From Myxococcota bacterium (GTDB lineage Bacteria > Myxococcota_A > Polyangia > Polyangiales > Houyiibacteriaceae), in the NCBI GenBank assembly GCA_039030295.1, contig JBCCEK010000001.1, positions 7,633 to 71,632 of the forward strand: a stretch of 64,000 nt of DNA, written 5' to 3'. Below, piece after piece: positions 27,604-38,167 of this stretch. Both the position numbers and the translations under genes were made by a program. The notes under the pieces were generated by a model that had not been told where the DNA came from, searched no databases, and saw only the letters and a list, made by a program, of their open reading frames with translations. Position 1 is the first letter of the stretch. Each line of letters begins with the position of its first letter.

Positions 27604-28670
27604 ACGGTCGTCGCACCCCCGCAGCTCGATCCGGTTCCGGCGGTGCACCCGAAGCAATGGCGATCCGTCACGATGCGACGGTTCTCGAGAGCCGCCAGAT
27701 CGAAGTCGGCGATGTGCTGCGGGGCGCCCGGAGCGAGAGGAAGCTCGAGCATCTGGTTGAAGTCGCAGTCGAACAGCCGGCCGTCCCAGCCGACCGAAAT
27801 CATGCTTCGACACATCACGCCGCGCGCGGCCTCGGGGTTGAAGGTTTGCACCAGCGTGGCCATGTACGCGTCGAGCTGGTCGCTCCCTTGAAGCCACTCC
27901 AGGTGCCGGCTGATGGGCATGTTGGTGATCGTGTAGAGTTCGGTGAACGAAATGCCGTAGCGTCGGTCTAGTTCGTATCGCCACTCGGCTTCGAGCGTGG
28001 CCTGTGGTGCAGGTAGGACCGCTCCAATGGGATTGGTGACGAGCACGAGGCGGAGGCCCGAGTTCGGATCACCGTAGCCGAGCGCGTTGAGTCGCTGGAG
28101 TGCCCGAATGCTCTTGTCGAACACCCCGTCGCCGCGTTGGGTGTCCGTGCAGGCAGACTCGTAGTGGGGCAACGAGCAGATCAACTCGACTCGGTGTTTC
28201 GCCAGGAACGCCGCGAGGTCGCGGTGTGGATTGGTCTCGAGGATCGTCAGGTTGCAACGGTCGATCGTGTGGCTTCCAAGGGCGCTGCACGATTCGACGA
28301 ACCAGCGAAAATGGGGGTTGAGCTCCGGCGCACCGCCCGTGATGTCCACCGTCGGAATGGCGTGTTCGCGGATGGCGGCGAGGCAGTGCTCGAGCGTTTC
28401 CCGGTCCATGACCTCGGTTCGGTCTGGGCCCGCATCGACGTGACAGTGGCGACAAGCCTGGTTGCAAAGCTTGCCCACGTTGACTTGCAACACGTCGATT
28501 TCGAGAGGCCGAAGCGGCGAGAGCCCCTCCGACGCGAGCCTCTCTTCGAACCCGCCCTGCATCGGTACGCCGGCCAGTGCTTCGAGCTGCGCAGACGCCG
28601 ATGCCAACGGGAGGCGTCGTACCTTGAGGGACCGGGTCCGGGGCGAGGCTGTTTCGGAAGCAATCGACAT
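27600..28670 (-). CDS. radical SAM / Cys-rich-domain protein (ArsS-like, TIGR04167-type)
   Basis: CNQACRHCHV (CX3CX2C), TVDITGGAPELNP, and a C-terminal HCFGCTAGTGSSCGG tail characteristic of this family. Start taken at MSIASET. Confidence 0.8.
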   Translation of the reverse strand: MSIASETASPRTRSLKVRRLPLASASAQLEALAGVPMQGGFEERLASEGLSPLRPLEIDVLQVNVGKLCNQACRHCHVDAGPDRTEVMDRETLEHCLAAIREHAIPTVDITGGAPELNPHFRWFVESCSALGSHTIDRCNLTILETNPHRDLAAFLAKHRVELICSLPHYESACTDTQRGDGVFDKSIRALQRLNALGYGDPNSGLRLVLVTNPIGAVLPAPQATLEAEWRYELDRRYGISFTELYTITNMPISRHLEWLQGSDQLDAYMATLVQTFNPEAARGVMCRSMISVGWDGRLFDCDFNQMLELPLAPGAPQHIADFDLAALENRRIVTDRHCFGCTAGTGSSCGGATTV

Positions 28671-28732
28671 CGGTGGATCTTGGGCTCGCCGTAGCAGTAT
28701 GCAACTGCACACCGATCGTTACCTCGCGGCGA

Positions 28733-29953
28733 TCAGAGACGCACGTACGTGCCGGCTCTGTCCATTGCGGCAAAGGGTGAGATGCAAAGAGCGGTGCCGA
28801 GGTCGGTCAGTCGACCGCCGATCCAAATCGGCTCCAGACCCTGGTGAAGCCGATCGTAGAAGGCGAGAACACTGCCGCGTCGCTCGTTGCGTTCGAGCGC
28901 AACTTGATGCCCCTCCGCATCGATGGCGACGAAGCCGTCCTTGTGTTCCGAACGGTAGGGGGCGATGAGGGCGAACGGTTCGGCCAAAGCCGGATAGGCG
29001 CCGACCGAGCGACGGTAGCCCTCGGTGAGTTGCGCGAAACTCCGTCGCGCCACTTGCGTGAGGCGATCCCAACTCGCCTTGGGGACCTCGGGGCGGACTT
29101 CGTATTGCAGGATTCGGAGGCGCTCGGGTGCAGGCCCTGGCTCACTCTCGGCGAGGCCCACGTGGATCAACCGTGGACACGGACCGAGCGACGCGGTCGC
29201 ATGGCGGGGGCGGTCTTCGCGGTAGATTGCGCCACTGTCGAGGTCGACGAGGTAGCGTCGCTCAACGGCGGCGCGTTCGTTGCCAGAGAGCCATTCGCGG
29301 CCCACCTCAACCATCGTCCGGTCTGAGAGCAGCTTGCGAGCACTCTCGCCCGCGCCCTCCGCGCCGAGCCAAGCGCGAACGCGTTCTTCGGTCTCACGTG
29401 AGATCGCGTCACCTTGGAGTGCCTGCGCGAATTGCGATGCACCCTCGAGAATGCGGGCTGCGCGGCGGGGTCGTCCTGAGAGCACCTCTTGGCGGAGCCG
29501 CCCCACGAACCGTCCGATCCCTGCTGCCATCGGGGACCCGGCCGCCTCGATGACGCGCTTGAGGGCTGCATCGACGGAGGGTGCGTAGCGGGCCTTGTCG
29601 ATGCCGACTCTCGTGATGGCCATCAGAAGCTCGTCGAGCGCCTCCGCGAGGGGGTGGTGTGGGTAGGCTTCGGGGTTCGTTCGGCGCGCGGTCCCCTCGA
29701 CACGTGGAGGCTGCGAGTCGTGGCGCCCATCGACGCCTGCGATGAACGCCAACGCGGCGCGAACGTGGGGCCCGTCGTGGTCTCCGTCCGTCGACGCGCA
29801 CTGAAGCTCGCCGTCGCGTAGGCTGAGCGTCACCATCTCGGTGCGACCCAGCGCTTCGATGTCCATCGTGATGCGGCGGACCGACCCGTCCACTTCGACA
29901 CTGTCCGCTCCCTGAAGGTAGCGCGCTACGGCCTCACGCAGCGGAGCCGACAT
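28733..29953 (-). CDS. hypothetical protein (possible degenerate SWIM-like N-terminus)
   Basis: 406 aa with no motif I can assign confidently. LQCASTDGDHDGPHVRAALAFI loosely resembles a SWIM finger that has lost its Cys ligands. A 20-nt overlap with the upstream HEAT/TPR gene. Confidence 0.45.
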   Translation of the reverse strand: MSAPLREAVARYLQGADSVEVDGSVRRITMDIEALGRTEMVTLSLRDGELQCASTDGDHDGPHVRAALAFIAGVDGRHDSQPPRVEGTARRTNPEAYPHHPLAEALDELLMAITRVGIDKARYAPSVDAALKRVIEAAGSPMAAGIGRFVGRLRQEVLSGRPRRAARILEGASQFAQALQGDAISRETEERVRAWLGAEGAGESARKLLSDRTMVEVGREWLSGNERAAVERRYLVDLDSGAIYREDRPRHATASLGPCPRLIHVGLAESEPGPAPERLRILQYEVRPEVPKASWDRLTQVARRSFAQLTEGYRRSVGAYPALAEPFALIAPYRSEHKDGFVAIDAEGHQVALERNERRGSVLAFYDRLHQGLEPIWIGGRLTDLGTALCISPFAAMDRAGTYVRL

Positions 29954-31721
29954 CGTCGTGCTCCTTTCGCAGAACGTCTTGTTTCCGTTTCAGCTCGAAG
30001 CGAACCGTGCCTGGAGCCCGTCGCAAGTCGAGCGTCAGAACTTCACCGACGAGACCGCGTGCGATGTCGCCCCGCCCTTCCCGCTCAACTTGTTCGGCGC
30101 GGTGCAAGAATGACTTTGCCATCACCCGGACCAAGACCGGGTTCCGCTCGATTCGGGGGCGGTCTAGCTCGATCGCCCGCCGAAACGCAGGCAGCGCCAT
30201 CGCGTACTGCTCTGCGCGAGCGAACGACATTCCGATTCCGATCAGTGGGGGCACCCATCCAGGGCGACGAGAGACGGCCGACTCGAACCTTGCCACCGCC
30301 CAGGCCATTCGGCCGAGCATGAGCCAGAGTCGCCCGAGCAGGTAGTCCCGCCAGCCGAGCGCAACGGTCGGGAGCCGATCCCTGGCCTCTTCGGTCGACG
30401 GCGGTTTGTGGCCGGCGTCGGACCACTCGATCGGGGCGACTTCTTCGCCACGGAGCTCCATCCTGGCGGCGATGGCGGAAAGGGCATCCTCGATCGAGGC
30501 ACGCAGTGCGGGAACCGTCGTGGCGTTGTATCGGTCCGACAGTGCGTCGAGTACGCGGCCGTCTGCAATTCGCCCGAGGGTGCGTACCGCCTGCCCCGCA
30601 ATCGCCACGTCGGGATCGTCGATGAACCGAACGATGAGGTCGCTGTTCTCGGACGAGCCGAGGCTCTCCATCGCTTCGAGCGCCTGGAGCACGGAGGAAG
30701 GCTGGGCCTCCTGTAGGACGCTGCGGACCTCCGGCAGGCCTCGGCAGTCGCCGTGCATGCCCAATGCGGCCGCGAGGGCGATTCGCTCCTCGCGAACGAC
30801 GCTCCGCTCGAACCTCTCCGCGAGGCTTGGATGCGCCCGAGGGTCATCGATGCCCCCGAGGACGCGCGCGGCTCGGTCGAGGAGCTCACCGCGCTCGGAC
30901 TCGACCACCGCGACCAGGGAAGGAACGAGTCGCGGATCTGTCGCGTATCGCAACGAGGCCAGTAGCCCGGAGCGGGAGTCTCTTGGGACGCAACCGTCGT
31001 TGCCCTCGATGATCGCGCTCAGGTGTTGCACGACCGACGTGGGCAGATCGGAGGTTCGCATCAGGAGGAGCGCTCGCTGATCCCCAGGCATTCGATGGAT
31101 CGGTTCGACGTGGGACTGGCCATCCCAGAATGCGCGAATCGATCGCTCGGTCTGCCCGACGAGACGTTTCCAGCCTTCGTTCTCCGCCCGTGCCTTGCGC
31201 CCGGGCGCACCCGGGAGTTCGGCGCGGAGCCGTGCCAGCTCGTCGCCGAGGGCGACGTCTCGAAGCTCGACGATCGTTTCGGTGGCGGTCTTGGCAGCGT
31301 CGCCGCTCATCGCCCGCCGGTCCCTCAGCCGTTCGCCCAAACGACCAAGGGCGGCTCTTCGTTGCTTGCGTGACCCAGCCCTCAGCACCGCGAGCAGGGT
31401 GGGAACGTCCTCGATCTGCTCCACCGAGAGGCCGACCGTGCCGGTCGTCGACAGTCGCCCAAGGAACGAAGGATCTCCGGCGCCCTCTGTCGGAGGTCGC
31501 ACCGAGGGATGTCGGGCCGCGTCCGGACTCAGGCTCTCGGTCCCGATCTCGGAGAGGTCTTGCTCGGTGGCTGCGCCTACCAGCGCGCGAGCGACTTCCC
31601 GGTCGTCGGCATCCGGGTTGCAGCCAAGTTCCTCTCTCGGGTCGGCGTACTCGCTTCCTGCGATTCCGTCTCGCAGGAAGTGCTCGAGCATGGTCCAGTT
31701 TCGTTCGGATTCGTGCGCCAC
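29934..31721 (-). CDS. HEAT-repeat / TPR-repeat protein
   Basis: 595 aa. Central HEAT-like repeats (RAARVLGGIDDPRAHPSL..., AVRTLGRIADGRVLDAL) and C-terminal TPR-like helices (YAMALPAFRRAIELD). Confidence 0.55.
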   Translation of the reverse strand: MAHESERNWTMLEHFLRDGIAGSEYADPREELGCNPDADDREVARALVGAATEQDLSEIGTESLSPDAARHPSVRPPTEGAGDPSFLGRLSTTGTVGLSVEQIEDVPTLLAVLRAGSRKQRRAALGRLGERLRDRRAMSGDAAKTATETIVELRDVALGDELARLRAELPGAPGRKARAENEGWKRLVGQTERSIRAFWDGQSHVEPIHRMPGDQRALLLMRTSDLPTSVVQHLSAIIEGNDGCVPRDSRSGLLASLRYATDPRLVPSLVAVVESERGELLDRAARVLGGIDDPRAHPSLAERFERSVVREERIALAAALGMHGDCRGLPEVRSVLQEAQPSSVLQALEAMESLGSSENSDLIVRFIDDPDVAIAGQAVRTLGRIADGRVLDALSDRYNATTVPALRASIEDALSAIAARMELRGEEVAPIEWSDAGHKPPSTEEARDRLPTVALGWRDYLLGRLWLMLGRMAWAVARFESAVSRRPGWVPPLIGIGMSFARAEQYAMALPAFRRAIELDRPRIERNPVLVRVMAKSFLHRAEQVEREGRGDIARGLVGEVLTLDLRRAPGTVRFELKRKQDVLRKEHDDVGSAA

Positions 31722-31817
31722 GGATGACCTGAAGAATAGTCGCGTGTCGCCTTTTTTGCTCGAAACCGTCGCATGCGACGCTCGACCAAGCGCGGGGCAT
31801 GCTCCTACAATCGCACC

Positions 31818-32240
31818 ATGACTCCGGACGAGATCATCGAAACCCTAGAGCTTGAGCCCCACCCTGAGGGCGGCCACTTCCGCGAGACCTGGCGCCACCG
31901 GGCGCCAAGTGGGCGTGGCGCTGGCACCGCGATCTATCACTTCTTGCGAGCGGGCGAGCGCTCCCACTGGCATCGGGTCGACGCCACGGAGGTTTGGCAC
32001 TTCTACGCCGGCGCACCGATCGCGCTAACCACCTATCGAGAGGGCGAGTCCGTGTCGCATCACCAACTCGGACCTGACCTCCGAGCGGGAGCCAAACCCC
32101 AGATCATCATCGCCCCCCACGTTTGGCAGGCCGCGCGCTCCCTAGGCGAGTGGACGCTGGTGGGTTGCACCGTGTCTCCAGCCTTTGAGTTCGAGCACTT
32201 CGAGCTTGCGCCACCGGGATGGCATCCGCCTGAGCGGTGA
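31818..32240 (+). CDS. DUF985-family cupin
   Basis: LELEPHPEGGHFRETWR....IYHFL..GERSHWHRV.ATEVWHFYAG matches the DUF985 pattern. Confidence 0.75.
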   Translation: MTPDEIIETLELEPHPEGGHFRETWRHRAPSGRGAGTAIYHFLRAGERSHWHRVDATEVWHFYAGAPIALTTYREGESVSHHQLGPDLRAGAKPQIIIAPHVWQAARSLGEWTLVGCTVSPAFEFEHFELAPPGWHPPER

Positions 32241-32286
32241 GGTCGCCCTGTTGCGTGACGGTCACCCCATCTGCGAGACTCGGCGA

Positions 32287-32610
32287 ATGAGGGTTTTCGC
32301 GACGACCGCCATTCTCGCATTCGGCATAGCGCTGATCGGCACCGTGACCGGCGGCGAAGCAACCTCGACCCGTGCCGCGTCGTGTTACGAGATCTACGGA
32401 CAGGTACGAGACGTTGGCCCAGGATGGGCCCACATCGTCGTCGTCGAGAACGACTGCGACTACTGGCTTCAGTGTTCGGTTTGGACGGACGTCACCCCTC
32501 AGCCGCCGGCGATGATCACAGTCGGCCCCGGCATGAGCGAGAAGACTCAAATGATCGCCAACTCCGATCAAAAAGAGTTCAAGAGCTACGGCCTATGCCG
32601 GCGCAAATAG
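32287..32610 (+). CDS. small secreted protein, unknown function
   Basis: MRVFATTAILAFGIALIGTV signal-like N-terminus; 107 aa with 4 Cys. Confidence 0.4.
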   Translation: MRVFATTAILAFGIALIGTVTGGEATSTRAASCYEIYGQVRDVGPGWAHIVVVENDCDYWLQCSVWTDVTPQPPAMITVGPGMSEKTQMIANSDQKEFKSYGLCRRK

Positions 32611-32640
32611 GCGGACGACGCGGCGGACCTTGTTCGGCCC

Positions 32641-33474
32641 CTAGCGCGCGGGAACGTCGCGCCCGAGTCGGCGCAACACCGCCTTGAGGTCCTCCCAGAC
32701 GGGCTTCTTGAACTGCGGGCTTCTGAGCAAGAACGCGGGATGGTACGTGGGCATCACGGGAACACCTCTCCACTCACCCCAGATACCCCGCCACTTTCCG
32801 CTCGGGGGGACGCAACGCAAGTTCTCAGCGGCGCAGCGACCGAGTGCGACGATGACTTGGGGCGCCACGGTCTCGAGCTGAGGGACCAAGAAATGCGCGC
32901 ACGCTGTCGCCTCCGTGGGAAGCGGCGTGCGGTTGTCCGGTGGCCGACACTTGACGACGTTGCAGATGTAGACGCCATCGCGATCGTATCCCATGGCGGC
33001 GATCATCCGATCGAGAAGTTGCCCTGCACGACCGACGAATGGAAGCCCCTGCTGGTCCTCATGGTAGCCCGGTCCTTCGCCGACAAAGACCAGATCGGTG
33101 TCGGGATTGCCACGCGAGAACACCGTCTGCTTCCGCTGCCGATGAAGCTCACACCGGGTGCAAGTCGTAGCCTCGGCCGCGAGCGTGAGGAGCCTTTCTT
33201 GCCGGTCCGCGCCCGAGGGAGCCTCCCGGTCGGGCAACCCCTGTCGGGTCGCCGGCGTCATGGGCATCGCGCCCGCGCTTGCGGGCTCCGCGGCGGGAAA
33301 ACCAAAGCCGCCGACCGCCTCTTCCCAGCGAAGAAGCTCGGCTGCACCTGCCGCGATCGCGGCAAGCTCGTCTTGGGGATCCCGGCCCACGCCGGCGAGT
33401 ATATGCCGGTTTCGTTGACTTGGCGTGCGGGCGGTCGTTAAGCTCGGATCTCGGGGGGTTTCAGGGTATGTCAC
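32641..33474 (-). CDS. uracil-DNA glycosylase, family 4
   Basis: CTRCELH...[26 protein letters not shown]...[11 protein letters not shown] are hallmark family-4 UDG motifs. The long N-terminal extension means the true start may be an internal ATG (MPMTPATRQ, near 33267). Confidence 0.85.
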   Translation of the reverse strand: MTYPETPRDPSLTTARTPSQRNRHILAGVGRDPQDELAAIAAGAAELLRWEEAVGGFGFPAAEPASAGAMPMTPATRQGLPDREAPSGADRQERLLTLAAEATTCTRCELHRQRKQTVFSRGNPDTDLVFVGEGPGYHEDQQGLPFVGRAGQLLDRMIAAMGYDRDGVYICNVVKCRPPDNRTPLPTEATACAHFLVPQLETVAPQVIVALGRCAAENLRCVPPSGKWRGIWGEWRGVPVMPTYHPAFLLRSPQFKKPVWEDLKAVLRRLGRDVPAR

Positions 33475-34244
33475 GGGCTCGCGTTCTCGCTATTGGCGAC
33501 ACCCACATCGGGATGAAGCGCACGCACAACGAGGACAGCTTCATGGTGGCGGACGAAGACAGCCTCTACGTCGTCGCCGACGGGATGGGCGGGCACGCCT
33601 CGGGCGAAGTCGCGAGCAAGATGGCTATCGAAACGCTTCGGGAGTTCTTTCGCTCGACCAGTGCAGACCCTGAAGCGACTTGGCCCTACAAGATGGACAA
33701 GTCCCGGGGCTATGAGGAGAACCGGCTGATCACCGGGATCAAGCTCGCGAATCTGCGCATCTACGAGACGGCTCAGAACGATCCCCAGATGCACAGCATG
33801 GGAACGACGGTCGCCGGGATCCTCGTAGTCGAAGAAGGCGTGCTCATCGGCCACGTCGGCGACAGCCGCGTGTATCGCATCCGCGAAGGCAAGATGGAGC
33901 AGCTCACCAGCGACCACTCGCTCCTCAACGACTATATCAAGATGAAGCGGCTCTCGGAAGAAGAGATCGAGAACTTCCCACTCAAGAACGTGATCGTTCG
34001 GGCCCTCGGCATGAAATCGACAGTCAAGGTCGACACCGTCCTCGACCGCCCCGAGATCGGCGACGTCTACGTTCTGTGTAGCGATGGCTTGTGTGGTCCA
34101 GTGAGCGACGAGGGCATCCACCGGATCGTTCAGTCGCAGCCGGACCTCCAAACCGCGGCAAACCGTTTGATCGAGGAAGCCAATAGCAATGGCGGGCCCG
34201 ACAACATCACGGTGGTTCTGGCGAAGGTCATGGGTCTCGCGTGA
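33468..34244 (+). CDS. PP2C-family Ser/Thr protein phosphatase
   Basis: NEDSFMV...VVADGMGGHASGEVAS...GTTVAG...HVGDSRVYR...LCSDGL...DNITVV. Confidence 0.9.
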   Translation: MSRARVLAIGDTHIGMKRTHNEDSFMVADEDSLYVVADGMGGHASGEVASKMAIETLREFFRSTSADPEATWPYKMDKSRGYEENRLITGIKLANLRIYETAQNDPQMHSMGTTVAGILVVEEGVLIGHVGDSRVYRIREGKMEQLTSDHSLLNDYIKMKRLSEEEIENFPLKNVIVRALGMKSTVKVDTVLDRPEIGDVYVLCSDGLCGPVSDEGIHRIVQSQPDLQTAANRLIEEANSNGGPDNITVVLAKVMGLA

Positions 34245-35160
34245 TCGCCAGCCGGTGAGTTTCGGTGATCACTGCGTCCTGAGCCGACTCTTCGATCCTT
34301 GCGTTTGGCCAAACCACACATCGGCTCAATGAGGCGCCTTGGGCAAGGGTGACCCCTTCCCCAACGACCGAACTCCGAATCTTCGTCTCATCGACGCTGA
34401 GTTCGTCGGCCAGCAAGTTTCCACCGTGGGCCACGACCCCGGGCCAGGCGCGGGAACCTGAGGCGAGTTCGAGATTGACACGGTGATAGGCCTCGAGCGT
34501 GCCAAGATCGGCCCATGGTGAATCGTCGACTAGCCCGAGAACGGGCGCTCCGGAATCGACCCAGTGCCGATACGCATGACGAACGATGCAACCGGACTCC
34601 GGCAAGAACTCGCGTGCCTCGGACGACAGGATATGGACACCGGTGAACATCAGCTCGTCGAGAATCTCTGACGAGACCGGGGCTCCGAGGAGACGCCGTA
34701 CCCAACCTTCTTGGTCGATCCCCACCGCCCCGAAACGTGACGGGTCTTGGGTCCGTCGCAGGATCATCGTGGCGATCGCACCTCGCTCGTGATGGAGGTC
34801 GATGGCACGGCGGAGGTCTGGCGCAAACAAGGTGTCGCCGTTCATGACGACCACCGACGACGAAGGTGACGCGAAGAGGGACCAGGCCCGTCGAATCCCG
34901 CCGCCAGTGCCAAGCAGGGTCGATTCCCGAGAGAACCTCAGATCGAGGCCGCTGGGCGCGTAGGCCCGAAGAATCCCCTCGACGAGCTCCGGCAGCGGGT
35001 GCGTATTGGCGACGATGGAGCGGTATCCGGAACGCCACAGGTGATCGATGGCGAATCCCGCAAGTGGTCGATTTGCCACCGGAACGACCGGCTTCGGGAG
35101 GGTCTCCGTGAGCGGGCTGAGGCGCGTCCCCAATCCAGCTGCTAAGAGCATGGCCTGCAC
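34228..35160 (-). CDS. NDP-sugar pyrophosphorylase (nucleotidyltransferase)
   Basis: MQAMLLAAGLGTRLSPLTETLPKPVVPV N-terminal signature, with a left-handed beta-helix-like C-terminus. Confidence 0.8.
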   Translation of the reverse strand: MQAMLLAAGLGTRLSPLTETLPKPVVPVANRPLAGFAIDHLWRSGYRSIVANTHPLPELVEGILRAYAPSGLDLRFSRESTLLGTGGGIRRAWSLFASPSSSVVVMNGDTLFAPDLRRAIDLHHERGAIATMILRRTQDPSRFGAVGIDQEGWVRRLLGAPVSSEILDELMFTGVHILSSEAREFLPESGCIVRHAYRHWVDSGAPVLGLVDDSPWADLGTLEAYHRVNLELASGSRAWPGVVAHGGNLLADELSVDETKIRSSVVGEGVTLAQGASLSRCVVWPNARIEESAQDAVITETHRLAITRDP

Positions 35161-35243
35161 GACGTCATCCTAAGCGCGGCTGACATTCGCTCCAAGCAAT
35201 GTGGCCCTGTAGAGTCGGCCATGGCATCCAAGTGAGTGGGGTT

Positions 35244-36224
35244 ATGAAGACCATCCTGTTGACCGGCGCGGCCGGCTTCATCGGAAGCAACACAGCCACG
35301 GCACTCCTTCGCCGGGGTGACCGCGTCGTCGGCATCGACAACCTCAACGACTACTACGATCCTGCTCGTAAAGAATCGAATCTAAAAGAGATTCGCGACG
35401 AGGCGCCCGATCCCGAGAAGTTCTCGTTCTCCCGGATCGACATTCGTGACGAGGCGGCGATCGAGGCGCTCTTCCAGGAGCACCGCTTCGATTCGATCGT
35501 CCATCTGGCGGCGATGGCGGGCGTGCGGGCATCGATCGACGACCCGAAGCTCTATCTCGACGTCAACCTCGGGGCGACGCTCAATCTGCTGCAGGCCGCC
35601 CAGCGCCACGGTCAACCCCTGTTCGTCTTCGCGTCGACCTCCTCCGCATACGGGGTGACCGAGCTAATTCCCTTCGTCGAGACCGACCACGCGGACCGCC
35701 CGCTTGCGCCCTACCCGGCCAGTAAGCGCGCGGCCGAGCTCCTCGGTCACGCGTATCATCATCTCTTCGGCCAGCACTTCACGGCGCTCCGTTTCTTCAC
35801 GGTCTACGGGCCCCGCGGCCGGCCGGACATGATGGCGTACAAGGTGCTCGACAACATTTTTCGCGGGACGCAAGTCCCTCTGTACAACGGCGGTCGGATG
35901 CACCGCGACTGGACCTATGTGGACGACATCGTCCAGGGCGTATTGGCCGCGGCCGATCGACCGCTTGGCTACGAAGTGATCAACCTTGGCCGAGGTGAGC
36001 CGATTCTTCTTTCGGACTTCGTCTCGCTGATCGAGGATCAGGCCGGGCGTGCCGCAACCCTCGACGAGCAACCCATGCTAGCGGCAGACATCGAATACAC
36101 GTTTGCCGATATCTCGAAGGCTCGAGCCTTGCTCGACTATGACCCAAAGACCAGCGTGAAGGACGGTGTCGCTCAGTTCTTTCGTTGGTACCGAGATGTC
36201 GTCCTCGAGGATGAACCGGCATGA
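35244..36224 (+). CDS. NAD-dependent nucleotide-sugar 4-epimerase (UDP-glucuronate/UDP-GlcNAcA 4-epimerase-like)
   Basis: MKTILLTGAAGFIGSN, STSSAYG and YPASKRAAE (catalytic YxxxK). Confidence 0.85.
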   Translation: MKTILLTGAAGFIGSNTATALLRRGDRVVGIDNLNDYYDPARKESNLKEIRDEAPDPEKFSFSRIDIRDEAAIEALFQEHRFDSIVHLAAMAGVRASIDDPKLYLDVNLGATLNLLQAAQRHGQPLFVFASTSSAYGVTELIPFVETDHADRPLAPYPASKRAAELLGHAYHHLFGQHFTALRFFTVYGPRGRPDMMAYKVLDNIFRGTQVPLYNGGRMHRDWTYVDDIVQGVLAAADRPLGYEVINLGRGEPILLSDFVSLIEDQAGRAATLDEQPMLAADIEYTFADISKARALLDYDPKTSVKDGVAQFFRWYRDVVLEDEPA

Positions 36225-38167
36225 ACCGTTTCCTCTCCCGCACCTCTCAGTTCGTCATCGACATCACCGTGTTGATGGTCGCCTTCTTCCTCGCGACGAT
36301 GTTGCGCTTCGATTGGAACGTCCCGCTCGACCGATGGCGGTCGCTCTTCGTGGTGATGCCGTACGTGGTTCTCCTGCAGTACACGTTTCTGTCGACGTTC
36401 GGGATCACACGCTTTTCGTGGCGCTACATCAGCCTCCGAGACGCGGTTCGCGTGTTCGTTGCGATGGCCTTCGCAACGGGCTTGCTGGTGATTCTGCGAC
36501 TTGCGAGCCCGCGACTCGCCGTGGACTTTCCCATCGCCCGCTACGGCATCGTTCCGCTCGGCGTCCTGCTTGGAGACTTCGTCCTCGCGTTCACCGGGCT
36601 CACCGGGGTGCGTGCGTTGAGGCGAATGCTCGGCGAGCGTATCGCCTCTCAAAAGCACCACGACGGTTCCGAGACGCGTGTCCCAACCCTGCTGGTCGGT
36701 GCTGGCCAGGGGGGCGTGCTGGTCGCGCAGGAGATCGCGCGGAGACCGGACCTTGGGATCGAACCTGTGGGTTTCATCGACGATGACCGCGTCAAGCAGG
36801 GCGCCGTCATCCACGGGCTGAAGGTTCTCGGCGGGACCGGCGACCTTCCCCGCCTGGCGCGCGACCACGAAGCCACGCAGGCACTCATCACCATTTCCAA
36901 CGCCCCCGGAACCGCGATCCGGCGGATCACCGAAGCGTGCACCGACGCTGGGCTGACCGCCAAAATCGTTCCGGGCACGTACCAAATCGTCGGTGGCCGG
37001 GTCAATCTCTCTCGGATTCGAGACGTCGCCATCGAAGACTTGTTGCGACGAGAACAGGTCCGGCTCGATACGGAATCGGTGGCCGAGGTGATTCGGGCGC
37101 AGCCTGTCATGGTGACCGGCGCAGGCGGGAGCATCGGCTCCGAACTCTGCCGTCAGGTGGCCGCCTACCGCCCATCCCGGTTGATCCTCGTCGAACGCTG
37201 CGAGAACAACCTCTTCGAGGTGCACAGTGAGCTTCGAGCTCGGTTTCCAGACCTCGAACTCACCCCCGCCATCGCGGATATCACCGATCGGCCTCGGATC
37301 ACCGAAGTGTTTCGGACGCACCGTCCGCTGATCGTCTTTCATGCGGCAGCCCACAAGCACGTGCCGATGATGGAGTGGAATCCCGCCGAGGCCGTCAAGA
37401 ACAACATCCTTGGCACCCAGATCGTGGCGGACCTCGCGGATAGTCTGGCGGTCGAACGCTTCGTGATGATCTCGACCGACAAAGCGGTGAATCCGACCTC
37501 GATCATGGGCGCGACCAAGCGAGCCGCGGAACGGTACATCCAAGCCGTATCGAAAGACAGCGCGACGCATTTTGCCACCGTCAGGTTTGGCAACGTGCTC
37601 GGCTCGGCAGGAAGCGTGATCCCGATCTTCCGAAAACAGATCCGCAACGGTGGCCCGATCACGGTGACCCATCCAGACATGACCCGTTACTTCATGACGA
37701 TTCCCGAGGCGGTTCAGTTGGTCACCCAGGCAGCCGCCCTGAGCCGCGGTGGCGAGATCTTCATCCTCGACATGGGGCAACCGGTGCGGATTCTCGACCT
37801 GGCGCACGACCTGATCCGCCTGAGCGGCCTCGAGCCCGACAAAGACATCGAGGTGCGCTTCACCGGGGTTCGCCCAGGCGAGAAGCTGTTCGAAGAACTC
37901 TCGACCGCGAACGAAGGCATTCAGCGCACCGAACACCCCAAGATCTTCGTGGGCACGCATGCTCCCGGGGACCCGCAAGCACTTCGACAGGCGCTGGCAG
38001 ACGTCGTCGAGAACACCGACTCGACGGCCGCCGGTATTCGAGCCGCGCTCGAGCGCGTGGTACCAGAGTTCAAGAGCACGGCCGCGACCGAGGCCGATAG
38101 CGAGCCACCGACGAGGACGAGCAGCCATGCGGAGCTTCGACCGTCGAAGCCCATGGGGTCTTTGTGA
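36221..38167 (+). CDS. membrane-anchored polysaccharide biosynthesis protein CapD/WbpM/PglF type (UDP-GlcNAc 4,6-dehydratase)
   Basis: 648 aa: N-terminal TM helices, then two Rossmann regions (LLVGAGQGG; VMVTGAGGSIGSEL) and the MISTDKAVNPTSIMGATKR motif. Confidence 0.88.
   Translation: MNRFLSRTSQFVIDITVLMVAFFLATMLRFDWNVPLDRWRSLFVVMPYVVLLQYTFLSTFGITRFSWRYISLRDAVRVFVAMAFATGLLVILRLASPRLAVDFPIARYGIVPLGVLLGDFVLAFTGLTGVRALRRMLGERIASQKHHDGSETRVPTLLVGAGQGGVLVAQEIARRPDLGIEPVGFIDDDRVKQGAVIHGLKVLGGTGDLPRLARDHEATQALITISNAPGTAIRRITEACTDAGLTAKIVPGTYQIVGGRVNLSRIRDVAIEDLLRREQVRLDTESVAEVIRAQPVMVTGAGGSIGSELCRQVAAYRPSRLILVERCENNLFEVHSELRARFPDLELTPAIADITDRPRITEVFRTHRPLIVFHAAAHKHVPMMEWNPAEAVKNNILGTQIVADLADSLAVERFVMISTDKAVNPTSIMGATKRAAERYIQAVSKDSATHFATVRFGNVLGSAGSVIPIFRKQIRNGGPITVTHPDMTRYFMTIPEAVQLVTQAAALSRGGEIFILDMGQPVRILDLAHDLIRLSGLEPDKDIEVRFTGVRPGEKLFEELSTANEGIQRTEHPKIFVGTHAPGDPQALRQALADVVENTDSTAAGIRAALERVVPEFKSTAATEADSEPPTRTSSHAELRPSKPMGSL

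Noticed and set aside
27600-27660. Possible selenocysteine (TGA recoding) in the ArsS-like radical SAM C-terminal tail
   Set aside because: The frame reads through with ordinary Cys codons (..GSSCGGATTV*). There is no in-frame TGA, and I saw no SECIS-like need.
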